Shown here one piece after another: positions 47,146 through 56,664 of a stretch of DNA of 58,477 nucleotides. The position numbers and the translations under genes were made by a program. The stretch's first letter is position 1. Each line of letters begins with the position of its first letter. Under the pieces are notes generated by a model. It saw nothing but the letters and a program-made list of their open reading frames with translations. It was not told where the DNA came from and did not search any database. The stretch lies in the IMG/VR virus record IMGVR_UViG_3300030451_002321, positions 1 through 58,477 of that record. The stretch is one strand, 5' to 3'. The DNA comes from a virus (lineage: Duplodnaviria > Caudoviricetes).

Positions 47146-48897
47146 TCAGGCCCCACGGGGTCGTCGGGCATTCAGAAGTGCGTTGCTAACGTTCTGTGCC
47201 AAGTTAGGTTCAGGACCACGTTGTTGAACGCTGCTAACCGGGGCACCGCTGCCCACTGTAGCACGTCGCTCAGGAGCAGCCGGACCTCGATTACGAATGC
47301 CCATGCCTTGACCACCGGGTTGTGGTGGAGGCATTGGCATACCGGGCGGCATACCACGGGCCATCGGCATACCACCTTGCATTTGAGGTGGCATTGGCAT
47401 CCCTCCACCCGGCGGCATACCCGGAGGTGGCATCGGCATACCCGGTGGGGCACCACCCGGCGGCATACCGGGTTGTTGCGGTTGTGGCTTGCGGTACACG
47501 AAGCGAATGTCGCGGTTTGATGGGTCCTCAAGCAGTTCCGGTTGGAAGCCCAGTTGAGCCATGCGCTGAGCCACGTTGAGTTCCTGCTCGTCGCGGCGCA
47601 GGCGAGTAATTTCGTCTTCTTCCTCGTTGGGGTACAACGTAAGTTTCCAATCGTTGACACTCATTTGCTTGAGCAAGCGCGGGAACAGAACATCGGTGTA
47701 CACCTTTTGGCCAAACTCAACGGCACGGTTGGTGACAAGAATCTGCATGCCTTCGTTGTTAAGGCCACCGGACTTACCGTTGTCCACCATGAAGATGCTC
47801 GACACACCATAGAATGCAGCAATGCGGTTACGGATTTCCTCACGGACAGGAATGTACTGCATCTCCTCAAGTGTGTCCATGAACTTTATCCAGTTCACAC
47901 CACCGCGACCCGTTTGACTTTCAATTCCAACACGTGGAATGTAGTGTGGGTCGCGCTCCATCTTTTCATCAACAGACTTCCAAAACGACTTCATGGACTC
48001 AAGATTGTCCGTGGTGACAGAAATGATGCCCTTGGGCATTCGGCGCTTTTGGTACGCGGTGTACATGTAATTGTCCATGGCCGTAAGCGTCATGGCCTGA
48101 CGCCACATGGTGTTGACCGGACTTCGACCGTACAACTTTGATGGCGTGTACTTGCTCACGTGCAGAACTTCACCCTCAATGAAGTACTGCGTCTTACCGC
48201 TTCCTGCCATGTTGACGTAATGCACGTCCTCAAGTTCTCGACCGCACACGTCACACGTCTTGTCATCAGCGTGCGTCTTGACTTCGTTGCGATGGATGCG
48301 GCAGACCTTGAAACGACCACCACGTACACCGCGCTTGTCAGCGACAATGCGCATGAAAATGGGGTCACCGCGAACCATTTCCTTAATTCTATAGAATGCA
48401 ATGTCCTTGGACTCAGGGTCAATGAAGTACTCCTTGACCAAGATGAGGAAAGCGTCGTCCACAATGTTGAGGTCGTTTTCAATTTCATGTAGCAGGTGAA
48501 CAAAAGATTGCTCCATTGAGTTTTCCTGATTCAACAACCACTTGGGGTAGGTCAACTCATCAGGGTCAGGTTTGCGTACTGAGCCACCGCACGTGGTACA
48601 CTCAGTCATTTCCTGTTGGAACTCTTCGTCACACACCGTACACTTCGATGTGAACTTCTTTTCCCAGTAGTAACCACGACGGAACATTTCCTGTCGCAAC
48701 TTGGAAAGAACCGTGCGCAGAATCAGGGATTCGTTGCTGACCGCGTACAGGGCAGGGATGGTGATACCCTGCGCCATGACCGGCTCCTGAATGCCGCTCG
48801 ACCACAACGGCATAGTTGGAGTGGGCGATTCGCGGGAGCGAAACGGGCGACGGAGGCCCGACAAGAAGCGAGAAATACGTCCTTCTTCAGCCATCAC
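47146..48897 (-). CDS. portal protein with zinc-ribbon insertions and Pro/Met/Gly-rich tail
   Basis: EVLH...LYGRSPV, MPKGII, MQY...IAAFYGVS are HK97-type portal motifs; located downstream of TerL. Confidence 0.9.
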   Translation of the reverse strand: MMAEEGRISRFLSGLRRPFRSRESPTPTMPLWSSGIQEPVMAQGITIPALYAVSNESLILRTVLSKLRQEMFRRGYYWEKKFTSKCTVCDEEFQQEMTECTTCGGSVRKPDPDELTYPKWLLNQENSMEQSFVHLLHEIENDLNIVDDAFLILVKEYFIDPESKDIAFYRIKEMVRGDPIFMRIVADKRGVRGGRFKVCRIHRNEVKTHADDKTCDVCGRELEDVHYVNMAGSGKTQYFIEGEVLHVSKYTPSKLYGRSPVNTMWRQAMTLTAMDNYMYTAYQKRRMPKGIISVTTDNLESMKSFWKSVDEKMERDPHYIPRVGIESQTGRGGVNWIKFMDTLEEMQYIPVREEIRNRIAAFYGVSSIFMVDNGKSGGLNNEGMQILVTNRAVEFGQKVYTDVLFPRLLKQMSVNDWKLTLYPNEEEDEITRLRRDEQELNVAQRMAQLGFQPELLEDPSNRDIRFVYRKPQPQQPGMPPGGAPPGMPMPPPGMPPGGGMPMPPQMQGGMPMARGMPPGMPMPPPQPGGQGMGIRNRGPAAPERRATVGSGAPVSSVQQRGPEPNLAQNVSNALLNARRPRGA

Positions 48898-50192
48898 ACA
48901 CCCTCCGCGTACACACCAATTGTGTCGGCATCAATGCCCCACTTGTCAAGCAGACCGTCGGCCTTTGCTTTATGGTCTTTCCAATTGGAGAAAGTCACAA
49001 GCCGGTACAACTCCTGCTTGCGCATTGAATCGGTTTCATCCACATATGTCAGCATAGCACGTGCCTGTGTGGTCTTCAACATCATGTGAGGAAGGGTGGC
49101 CTTGAGCACACGGCGAATGTCGTCTTTGCGAGAAAAGATGAGACGGTGTACGCTTTTCTTTGTGTTCTTCGACACCTTTTGGTCCGTCACAAGACGACCA
49201 CACCCCATGGCCTTGTGCAAGTCCTCACACAGTTGCTTGCCTGAATCACCACTGGCCACAAACGTCACCCGTGGGTCACCACGTTCGCTGATGAAGATGC
49301 TACCGTCAGAATCCAACGAGCCTGCCATGTATGCCCAAATGTCCTTGATGATGAATCCTTCACGCCCCAACTTCACGTAGTCACCACGTGACGTGCTCTT
49401 GAAGATGTTCAACTCCTCTCCGTACATTTTGAGCAGTGAACTCATCCGCTTAGGCGTGAGATTGCGATTGAGAGTACCAACCCCACGACGGATAATCTCA
49501 CGGCTACTGAGATGGCCATTTTCCTCCAATTGCTCAGACGCAAAGTACAGTGCAGTCTGCTCTTCCTTAGCCAAGGAATCAACTTGGTGTAGTACGTTTC
49601 GCCACATTTTGCGAGCATCCTTCTGCATTTGCGTAGCATCCACCCACGATTGTTGGTCGTCAATCGTCCAATCCACCTTACCGTTGAGCATTTGCAGGAC
49701 GGTGTTGGCCTTCAAGAATTGGTGACATGCCTTCTGCAACGACACTGAGCGGGACTCTCCGAACTTGCGCAGCGCCTTGAGGCTGCGGTCAGTCAGTCCC
49801 ATTTGTTTGATGACGCTTTCCATGCCGTCCGACCATGACAAGTTGCCAATGGTTGCCTCCACCTCAAGTGACTTGAGTTGTCGAACAAGACCAATGGTTT
49901 CGTCGTACTCGTCACGGTTGGCTTTGTCGTGACGGCGCATTTTGCGGCACTCACGAATAATGGTATCAGCATCCTTGCCCCAGTAGGTTTCAAGCCACCC
50001 ATCACCGTTCTTTGGGAACTCACGCTTCTTCAGTTCTTTGTTGATGTACACCGAAGATGTCTGCTGAAGCGGTAGGTCACGTGGATTGAATGCGGGGTGC
50101 TGAGCGAGGTTGTTCACGACCATTTTGGTCAGCGCGTCTTCGCAGACAACAGGGAGGTCATAGGCATCCCCGACCAACGCGCTCCCCCACAT
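48894..50192 (-). CDS. protein with C-terminal LAGLIDADG endonuclease-like domain
   Basis: AYMAGSLDSDGSIFI...MGCGRL...LPHMMLK; ~285-aa helical N-terminal region; start 50192 (ATG) or 50201 (GTG). Confidence 0.75.
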   Translation of the reverse strand: MWGSALVGDAYDLPVVCEDALTKMVVNNLAQHPAFNPRDLPLQQTSSVYINKELKKREFPKNGDGWLETYWGKDADTIIRECRKMRRHDKANRDEYDETIGLVRQLKSLEVEATIGNLSWSDGMESVIKQMGLTDRSLKALRKFGESRSVSLQKACHQFLKANTVLQMLNGKVDWTIDDQQSWVDATQMQKDARKMWRNVLHQVDSLAKEEQTALYFASEQLEENGHLSSREIIRRGVGTLNRNLTPKRMSSLLKMYGEELNIFKSTSRGDYVKLGREGFIIKDIWAYMAGSLDSDGSIFISERGDPRVTFVASGDSGKQLCEDLHKAMGCGRLVTDQKVSKNTKKSVHRLIFSRKDDIRRVLKATLPHMMLKTTQARAMLTYVDETDSMRKQELYRLVTFSNWKDHKAKADGLLDKWGIDADTIGVYAEGV

Positions 50193-50245
50193 AATGACCA
50201 CTCACTTGACCATTGGTTAAAAGCCCCACTCTCCAAATGGGTATT

Positions 50246-51733
50246 TCATGGCGTCAACCACCCTCCAAACCGGTTGCCCTGATTCTTGTCTTTGCCTCCA
50301 CCGAGCCAATCACCGAAACCGGGCATGTAGTCGTCAAGCATCACAATGCTGCCACGGAACTCCTTGGTGCCCCAATTGGCCAACGCAAGAGCCATGGCCA
50401 AGTCATCGTGGGTGCCCACGCTTTCCAACTTCCCATTTTTCTGCATACCAAAGCGGTTGAGTTCTTGCTCCAACTTGTGCGTGAACGTACGGCTGCGCTC
50501 GTCACCGTAGGGCGTACGAATGTGACCTTGCTCAAAGGCCATGAGGAGAGACATGAACATGGATTCCTTGCGTTGCCTTGTGGTCATGAAGGTCTTGATG
50601 GGAATGTCGTCACGCATGTCTTGCAGTTCAGCAGCGAACATACGTTGGAAGTTGTTGCCTTCAAGTTCAATCAGGTCCGGTTGGAAACGGTTGTTGAGCA
50701 GCAAAATGTGCTTTTTCTGCGCTGCACTACCCAGTCCCTTTTCGTGAACAATACCGACAATTTGCTTTTGGTTGTCACCGGGCAGCACCCGCATCACCAG
50801 CATAGCCGTGAAGTCAGCGTTCTTGTCAGACGCAATAGCCGTGTCCCACCCAATGAAGTGTTGACCAAAGACACCCATTGGTTCGCCTTCTTCGTCGTGC
50901 TCCATTTCAGCGCGGTCAAGCAAAACAAGGTTCTTGTCCCGAGCCTTCTCCAAAATGTCATTGGGAAACATACTGGCAACGTCGTGAATCGGCTCACACA
51001 AGTACTCACGCGAAAACTGAATGGCGGGCATGGACAAACGCCGTTGGTCCAGTGACTCCAAATCCCATCGCTCAGGCCACAGGGCTTTGCCCTCGTTGTC
51101 AATTGCAGGGTAGGTTTCAACGGTGAACGCCTCACGCTCCTCCAGTTCAGCGTACAGGTCGTTGTAACTGAACGGTGTACCGACAATCATCATGCGGCCC
51201 GTGTGGTGGAGCACAGGAAGCAGAACACCATAGAACCAGTCAGCCGCACGCTGCAACTCCGTACCGGTTGTGCCCCACAGAATGTCGTCGCACACCACAA
51301 CGTTTGGGTGGAAACCACGGGTACCACCGCCCACGGACTTTGCCATCATACGGCTCCCGTTAGTGAACTCAAAGTACGTCTTGCGCCATGGTCGGCCTTC
51401 AGGGGTAAGGTGACGCAAACATGGTGTGGATTCGATGTTGTTGCGGATAAACCGCATGTGCTCAAGCGTCTGCTCAAGCGAGTGCGAGAAAATCATGACG
51501 TGAGTGTTGGGCTGAAAAGCCGCAATCCACAGGGCATAGGACATGAAAAAGACAGACTTGCCGTGGTCACGGCTTGCTTTCACACAGTAGTATCTGTTAC
51601 TGGCAAGTCCGTTGTCCCACGATTCGTGGTGACCTGAGTAATCGAAGCCAAGGATTTCAGTGAAGAAGTACTTGAACGACTTGGCAGACATCTGCCGGTC
51701 CATCTCATGGATGAACTCTTCCATGTCGGACAT
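50246..51733 (-). CDS. terL: terminase large subunit
   Basis: Walker A ASRDHGKS, RGFH, Walker B VVCDD, IVGTP, nuclease GWDTA...DFTA...HDDLAMA. Confidence 0.95.
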   Translation of the reverse strand: MSDMEEFIHEMDRQMSAKSFKYFFTEILGFDYSGHHESWDNGLASNRYYCVKASRDHGKSVFFMSYALWIAAFQPNTHVMIFSHSLEQTLEHMRFIRNNIESTPCLRHLTPEGRPWRKTYFEFTNGSRMMAKSVGGGTRGFHPNVVVCDDILWGTTGTELQRAADWFYGVLLPVLHHTGRMMIVGTPFSYNDLYAELEEREAFTVETYPAIDNEGKALWPERWDLESLDQRRLSMPAIQFSREYLCEPIHDVASMFPNDILEKARDKNLVLLDRAEMEHDEEGEPMGVFGQHFIGWDTAIASDKNADFTAMLVMRVLPGDNQKQIVGIVHEKGLGSAAQKKHILLLNNRFQPDLIELEGNNFQRMFAAELQDMRDDIPIKTFMTTRQRKESMFMSLLMAFEQGHIRTPYGDERSRTFTHKLEQELNRFGMQKNGKLESVGTHDDLAMALALANWGTKEFRGSIVMLDDYMPGFGDWLGGGKDKNQGNRFGGWLTP

Positions 51734-52494
51734 CAGCCCATCCTCTTCAGCAAGTAGTTCAAGGCGTGAGTAAATGGGTCAGCGGAGTTTGTAACTGGCA
51801 TGTACGTATTACCCGGTTGGCCCGGTGGCATGAATTGATTACCCACTCCTTGCTGCTGCGGTTGCTGCCCCTGTTGAGGTTGCTGAGGAGCGGTCGGAGC
51901 GGTCACTGGTGGTTGTACCGCAACTGGTTGTGTGGGAGCAGTTACCGGGGCAGGGGCGAATTGTTGCGTTGGTTGTTGCTGAGCCATAGCACCCAAGGTT
52001 GCTTGAGGAAAGATGTTTTGCTGAGGGTTGTACTGAGCACCACCTGCACGTTGATTCGTGCTGAAAAAAGCCGGTGCTCCCTCAGGGAGGAGGTTGTTTG
52101 ATGGTTGATACGAAGGGGTAACGCTTTGTGGAAGTGGGATGCTTGCAGGAGACTGGGGTTGTTGAGGTCTTGGACCCAAATCCTCTATGTTGTTGGTGAG
52201 GCTAAACGGCACGTTTGCCCTGTACATCGCAGGTGCGCTCAAATAGGCTTCAGCACCACGTCCTGATTGTGCTTGTTCCGCTGCTTGTTGTGCGGTAGCC
52301 ACCGCAGAAAAACCACGACCTGCAAGGTCACCCATAGCAGCAAGACGAGTGCCAAGTTTTCGATTTCGTCCAAAAGCAGCACCGGCCAAATCACGAAGAC
52401 CATGTTTTCCTGCCCCAACTGTGAATTGAACGTCACGCGAACCGGGAACCAAACCCACTGCGCTTTCGTTCTTGAGGACGAGGACTGGCTTCAT
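51733..52494 (-). CDS. Gln/Pro-rich putative head cargo protein
   Basis: N-terminal MKPVLVLKN and C-terminal PFTHALNYLLKR; low-complexity middle. Confidence 0.7.
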   Translation of the reverse strand: MKPVLVLKNESAVGLVPGSRDVQFTVGAGKHGLRDLAGAAFGRNRKLGTRLAAMGDLAGRGFSAVATAQQAAEQAQSGRGAEAYLSAPAMYRANVPFSLTNNIEDLGPRPQQPQSPASIPLPQSVTPSYQPSNNLLPEGAPAFFSTNQRAGGAQYNPQQNIFPQATLGAMAQQQPTQQFAPAPVTAPTQPVAVQPPVTAPTAPQQPQQGQQPQQQGVGNQFMPPGQPGNTYMPVTNSADPFTHALNYLLKRMG

Positions 52495-52498
52495 TGCT

Positions 52499-54673
52499 TC
52501 ACCTCAGACTCATTTTGATGACCTTGACGACTTCAGGGGTTGTGGAGTAGGACTTTGCGATGTTGTGCCAATCACCCATGGTGTGGTTGATGGTCGTTAC
52601 TTCTTCTGAGGTGAGTCCTACATAAGAAGCCAACTGACGCGCAGAAGACAACGATGACGACATGTGCTTGGTGACGTTTGCATCGAGTTCAGCCTCGCGG
52701 TACTGCATTCGCTCAAGTGCCTTCATCACTTGGTCCATGACGGGTAGGTGAGAATCTTCGCTGCGCAGGAATTGAGTCAGCATGGTTTGTTGCGGGTCAG
52801 CAAGTGCAGCACGGCTGCGCAACTCTTGCTCGGTAAATTGGGTTGGGTCTTCGGGCATCACTTGTCTTCCACTCCCTGCGGCCTGTAGCATCTGTCTGTA
52901 CGCTTCCGGTGTCATTGTTGCAATGTTTCGTCGGTTTGCTTGGAACGTTGGGTCCATGGGTTGCATCATTGTTGGTCGGACGGTGGGTTCCAAAGGTGCC
53001 CCTGCGCCCAGTCTGGGAGGCGGAGGTGAAGAACCTCTCCCCTCGATGGTGGAACTACTTCCATCAAGGGGTTGTGTCGCGGACGCAGGGACTCGTTCAA
53101 TTGGCTCGATGTGGCCGGGTGCATGGTTGGCGAAGTGACCAACGGTTGGATAGTGGTAGTTTTGCATGTGCTCTTCAAGAGCAATGGTCGGCTCTATTTG
53201 GTTGCCGTAGTAATTCACAAGGTCAGCGCCAACCATGCGCTCGGTAGGAATCTCACCAAGACCCCGACGTGTCTGATGGCCACGACCTTCTGCTTGGTGG
53301 TCAGCCAGTGCTTCGATGATACGACGGTTGGTTTCAGATGCGGCTTGGTCTTCAGGGGACGGTGAGCCGAACGTCATTTCACTGAGAGCGGAGCGTCCTT
53401 CTTCTTCACCGTGGCCAAACACGCGAGCAAGGCCCATGACACGCGCAGCCTTGTCGTGCATCCCTGAGCCTTTACCTGATGCCCCACCGGTGAAGTATTG
53501 CCGGTGGTCGTCGTACGAAAGCCCATCAGCAACATCTTCGATGCGCTCCATGACTTGGTTGTACAGACGCATGAAGTTACCACCACCCTGATTGGCGCGA
53601 CCAAACAGGAACATCATGGCAGGAATGCTTGACACTTCTTTGATGACACCATCAATCAACGACGGGTCTTGCAACGCTTCACGCAGGGGACGCTGCATGC
53701 GTCCTCCCGGTCCGTCGAATGTAACCGGAATGTTTGGAATGGAGTCAATTTTACCCTCACGTACCAATTGCATGATGTGCTCCTTGGCCGTACGCATCAT
53801 GGCAACGGGCATTTTGTTTTGCTTCATTGGTCTGAAAAACACGTCAGGCAGATGATGCAATGCTTCCCACGTGAACACGGGTGATTGTTGCGAGTGAGCA
53901 AAGTCATCTGAAAACGGTGCCTTGGAATCCTCAAGCATAGCCCCACCGGGGTCGTCCATAATCGAATGAATGTACTTGGGTGGAGCAGTGTAGTTGGCGT
54001 ACACATACGGTTTGTTTTCCTGTAGGAACTTGGCGTTGCCTTCCAAAGAGCGAACGTTGTCCTCACCAATCAGTTCTTCCAACAAGTGGCGCAGTTCAAC
54101 GTTGAACGGCAAGTAGTAGGATTCAACAAACTCACCGTTAGGGTTGGTTGCCGCACCACGGTTGGTTGCAAGGGTCACCTTTGTGCCGTCATGAGCACGT
54201 GAGGGGCGGTTGGTTTCCTCACGGCTTGCCATGGTGTCAGTAGGCAGTGGGGCTGAGCGCAACTTGCGCCATTCCTCACTGTCGAACGAACTTAACTTGT
54301 GTGCCTCGTCTTTGTGTTTGTCGTTGTACAGGTCAATGGCGCGGTTCATCAGTTCAACCACGTCACCTGACTGCACATTGAAGCGCATTTTTTGCAGTCC
54401 CTTTAGCAAGCGATACGCTGCTGCGTCAATGCCGTGTTGGAAAAACGCACGACCGTCATCACGGGTATGGTAGTAGTGAATGCCCCCATCGTCCTTTTCC
54501 CATTGCCCTTCGTACACGTTGCCGTGTCCGTCGTGAGCAAAAGCAGGAGCGTCAAGTTCTCCTTGAGGTCGGAATGCTTGGGGTGGCGGGTTACGCAAAA
54601 CCACTCGACCACGAGGACCTGAGTGGACAAGCCCCCATGCCTTGAGAAGCATGGGGACGTTTGCGTAAATCAT
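52499..54673 (-). CDS. hypothetical 724-aa protein (putative internal head protein)
   Basis: Long ORF coupled to its neighbours; N-terminal PMLLKAW. Confidence 0.8.
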   Translation of the reverse strand: MIYANVPMLLKAWGLVHSGPRGRVVLRNPPPQAFRPQGELDAPAFAHDGHGNVYEGQWEKDDGGIHYYHTRDDGRAFFQHGIDAAAYRLLKGLQKMRFNVQSGDVVELMNRAIDLYNDKHKDEAHKLSSFDSEEWRKLRSAPLPTDTMASREETNRPSRAHDGTKVTLATNRGAATNPNGEFVESYYLPFNVELRHLLEELIGEDNVRSLEGNAKFLQENKPYVYANYTAPPKYIHSIMDDPGGAMLEDSKAPFSDDFAHSQQSPVFTWEALHHLPDVFFRPMKQNKMPVAMMRTAKEHIMQLVREGKIDSIPNIPVTFDGPGGRMQRPLREALQDPSLIDGVIKEVSSIPAMMFLFGRANQGGGNFMRLYNQVMERIEDVADGLSYDDHRQYFTGGASGKGSGMHDKAARVMGLARVFGHGEEEGRSALSEMTFGSPSPEDQAASETNRRIIEALADHQAEGRGHQTRRGLGEIPTERMVGADLVNYYGNQIEPTIALEEHMQNYHYPTVGHFANHAPGHIEPIERVPASATQPLDGSSSTIEGRGSSPPPPRLGAGAPLEPTVRPTMMQPMDPTFQANRRNIATMTPEAYRQMLQAAGSGRQVMPEDPTQFTEQELRSRAALADPQQTMLTQFLRSEDSHLPVMDQVMKALERMQYREAELDANVTKHMSSSLSSARQLASYVGLTSEEVTTINHTMGDWHNIAKSYSTTPEVVKVIKMSLR

Positions 54674-55953
54674 CCCATGTGCCCCCGCTGCGAAACAATG
54701 TACCCGGCGGGGTCAACGCCAAACCGCTTGGCGTCCGTTTCATTGTTCTCGGTTGGCCCCTCAGGGTCCTCTTCGTCCTTTGCGCGGACACCGGCAGGGT
54801 GAGCAGGAACGTGACCGTTTTCCATGGCACTGCGCGTACCAGTCATGCTCTTTTGCAACTTTGCAGCCTTTTCCTGCGCCGCAATCAAGCGACGAATCAG
54901 GTTGAGCATGTGGACCCGACGTGCGTGTGGACCTTTGAGCAGTTCACTTTCAGCACGCTCGTCGCTCATCATGATGGAAGATGGAGGAGCAGGCATGGAA
55001 GGAACCATCGAGGACTGCGGTGAAGGCATCATGGGTGGCATGGGTGGGCGCGGCATACGCGGCATACGCGGCATGCGAGGGCGACGAACACGCATTGGGC
55101 GTAGTGCAGGTTGCCTCATTTGTCCTGCTTGTCCGGCAAGGAGTCCACCGAGTCGGCCTGCTCCTGTTGGTCCGGCATACGAGGAACGCTCACTGTATCG
55201 TGCGTGCGGTGAGAAGGTGGTGCGTACATTGCCGAGAATCTTGCGAGCCTCAGACTGACCCATGTACGCTCGGTACTTTTGAGGGTCTTTGGACATGGGT
55301 TGTTTGGTTGCGATGCCACGGTGACTCATCTCCACAGACAGGTGAGGTTTCATCAGTCCCGTTTTCTTTCCGCCCTTGATACCACGCATACGGGCGCGAA
55401 AACGACGCATGGTGGCTCCTGCGGGGTTCATGCCGCCCGGTGGGCGCTTGAATTGACCTGTGGAGGGGCGGAACTCACGACGTTTTTCACGACGGCGACG
55501 TGCCTCAATGCTGCTGCGCGTTTCACGCTTCAGCAATGTGGACCATGCATCGTCCATTGCTTCACCCAAATACAGCGGGGTACCGCCCATTGAACTGCCT
55601 GTGCCTGACTTTGCTCCCGTAGCCATGTCGAGCAAGTGACCACGACTACCCGAAGGGCCACCCTGCATGCCGAGTTCCCGCTCCAAGTCCTGCTTGTTGC
55701 CATCATCCTCACCCATCGGTGACTCATTACCGTCCAATGGCAACTTGGAACTGACCTTGACGTGCTTGATTTTCTCACGCTTTTCCTTGCGCTCTTGCTC
55801 TTGTTGTCGCTTCTTTTCGCGGCGAGCCTCAAGGTCTTCAGGAGAAGAAGCCGAGTACTTGCCTTCGTCCTCGTTAGCGGACGAGTACATGCGGTCTGAT
55901 TCGCTACGCGGAGCGTACATTCGAGTGTCTGAGCCGCGTCCCATCATTGGCAT
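54670..55953 (-). CDS. Arg/Met/Pro-rich basic protein (putative DNA-condensing head protein)
   Basis: Internal AMDDAWSTLLKR followed by a very Arg-rich block; PRM tandem repeat; SELLKG. Confidence 0.75.
   Translation of the reverse strand: MPMMGRGSDTRMYAPRSESDRMYSSANEDEGKYSASSPEDLEARREKKRQQEQERKEKREKIKHVKVSSKLPLDGNESPMGEDDGNKQDLERELGMQGGPSGSRGHLLDMATGAKSGTGSSMGGTPLYLGEAMDDAWSTLLKRETRSSIEARRRREKRREFRPSTGQFKRPPGGMNPAGATMRRFRARMRGIKGGKKTGLMKPHLSVEMSHRGIATKQPMSKDPQKYRAYMGQSEARKILGNVRTTFSPHARYSERSSYAGPTGAGRLGGLLAGQAGQMRQPALRPMRVRRPRMPRMPRMPRPPMPPMMPSPQSSMVPSMPAPPSSIMMSDERAESELLKGPHARRVHMLNLIRRLIAAQEKAAKLQKSMTGTRSAMENGHVPAHPAGVRAKDEEDPEGPTENNETDAKRFGVDPAGYIVSQRGHMG
55051..55077 (+). repeat. 9-bp tandem repeat x3 (encodes Arg-Met-Pro on the minus strand)
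   Basis: CGGCATACG CGGCATACG CGGCATGCG. Confidence 0.8.
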
Positions 55954-56627
55954 CAGTTCACCCCCATGTTCTCCGTCAATTGCGCCTTAAGCCGCGCCCA
56001 TACTTCAGGACTTTCCTTACTGAGTTCAACCTGCAAGATGTTGAAGGTTTGATTGACCTGCTGCGTGTCGCTTTGCGCACCCCATTGGTCTTGGAATCGC
56101 ATGAGGTCCTTGACCGACTCACGGATTTCCTTGTGCAGCGACACGGCGTCACGAACAAATCCGTCCTCATGCACGCTGCCTTCGTCAAGCAATTCGCTCA
56201 ACTTGTGGTTCAACCGCTCAGCGTTGCTGCGAAGCAGTTCAATCTCGGTGCCCGCACGCAGTGCAACCTCAATGGCTGCGGTCTTTTGCACCAAAGGCTG
56301 AAAGTGATTCTTCATGTGTTGATACACGACGTTTTCACTGACTTCTAACTCCTGAGCAATCAGGTCACTGTTGCCGGTGTTGAAGTACAACTCTTCGTAC
56401 GCAGCACGTTGAGGGGAAGTACACACTGGGCAAGACGAGTTTGCAGCAAGGTGAAACTCACCCATGTGGTTGCGCCAGTGACGCTCGGTCGTGCCAAGCC
56501 GCCAACCCTTGTCCTTGTCCAGTTGCTTAGGTGAAATGTGGCCGTTCAGCAACGCTTCTTCAAGCGTGTCACGCTCTTCATCCATGCAAAAAGCACAGGA
56601 CCGTTTGTACACACGGTCCCCGCTCAT
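55953..56627 (-). CDS. tandem C2H2/HTH protein, candidate terminase small subunit
   Basis: Two repeats, CAFC...HWRNH and CPVC...HMKNH, each with an HTH-like core, then a coiled coil; upstream of TerL; ATG at 56627. Confidence 0.5.
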   Translation of the reverse strand: MSGDRVYKRSCAFCMDEERDTLEEALLNGHISPKQLDKDKGWRLGTTERHWRNHMGEFHLAANSSCPVCTSPQRAAYEELYFNTGNSDLIAQELEVSENVVYQHMKNHFQPLVQKTAAIEVALRAGTEIELLRSNAERLNHKLSELLDEGSVHEDGFVRDAVSLHKEIRESVKDLMRFQDQWGAQSDTQQVNQTFNILQVELSKESPEVWARLKAQLTENMGVN

Positions 56628-56664
56628 GCCTGTTCTTAAGTGAGTCCGTTTCAAAAGCGTTCCG

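Noticed and set aside
47290-47490. GGCATACC-type repeats as a DNA-level element
   Set aside because: Fully explained by the Pro/Gly/Met codons of the portal's low-complexity tail.
48894-50201. Intein or group I intron explanation for the LAGLIDADG domain
   Set aside because: No Hint-domain termini (no N-terminal Cys block, no His-Asn followed by C/S/T), and the flanking TerL and portal genes are intact.
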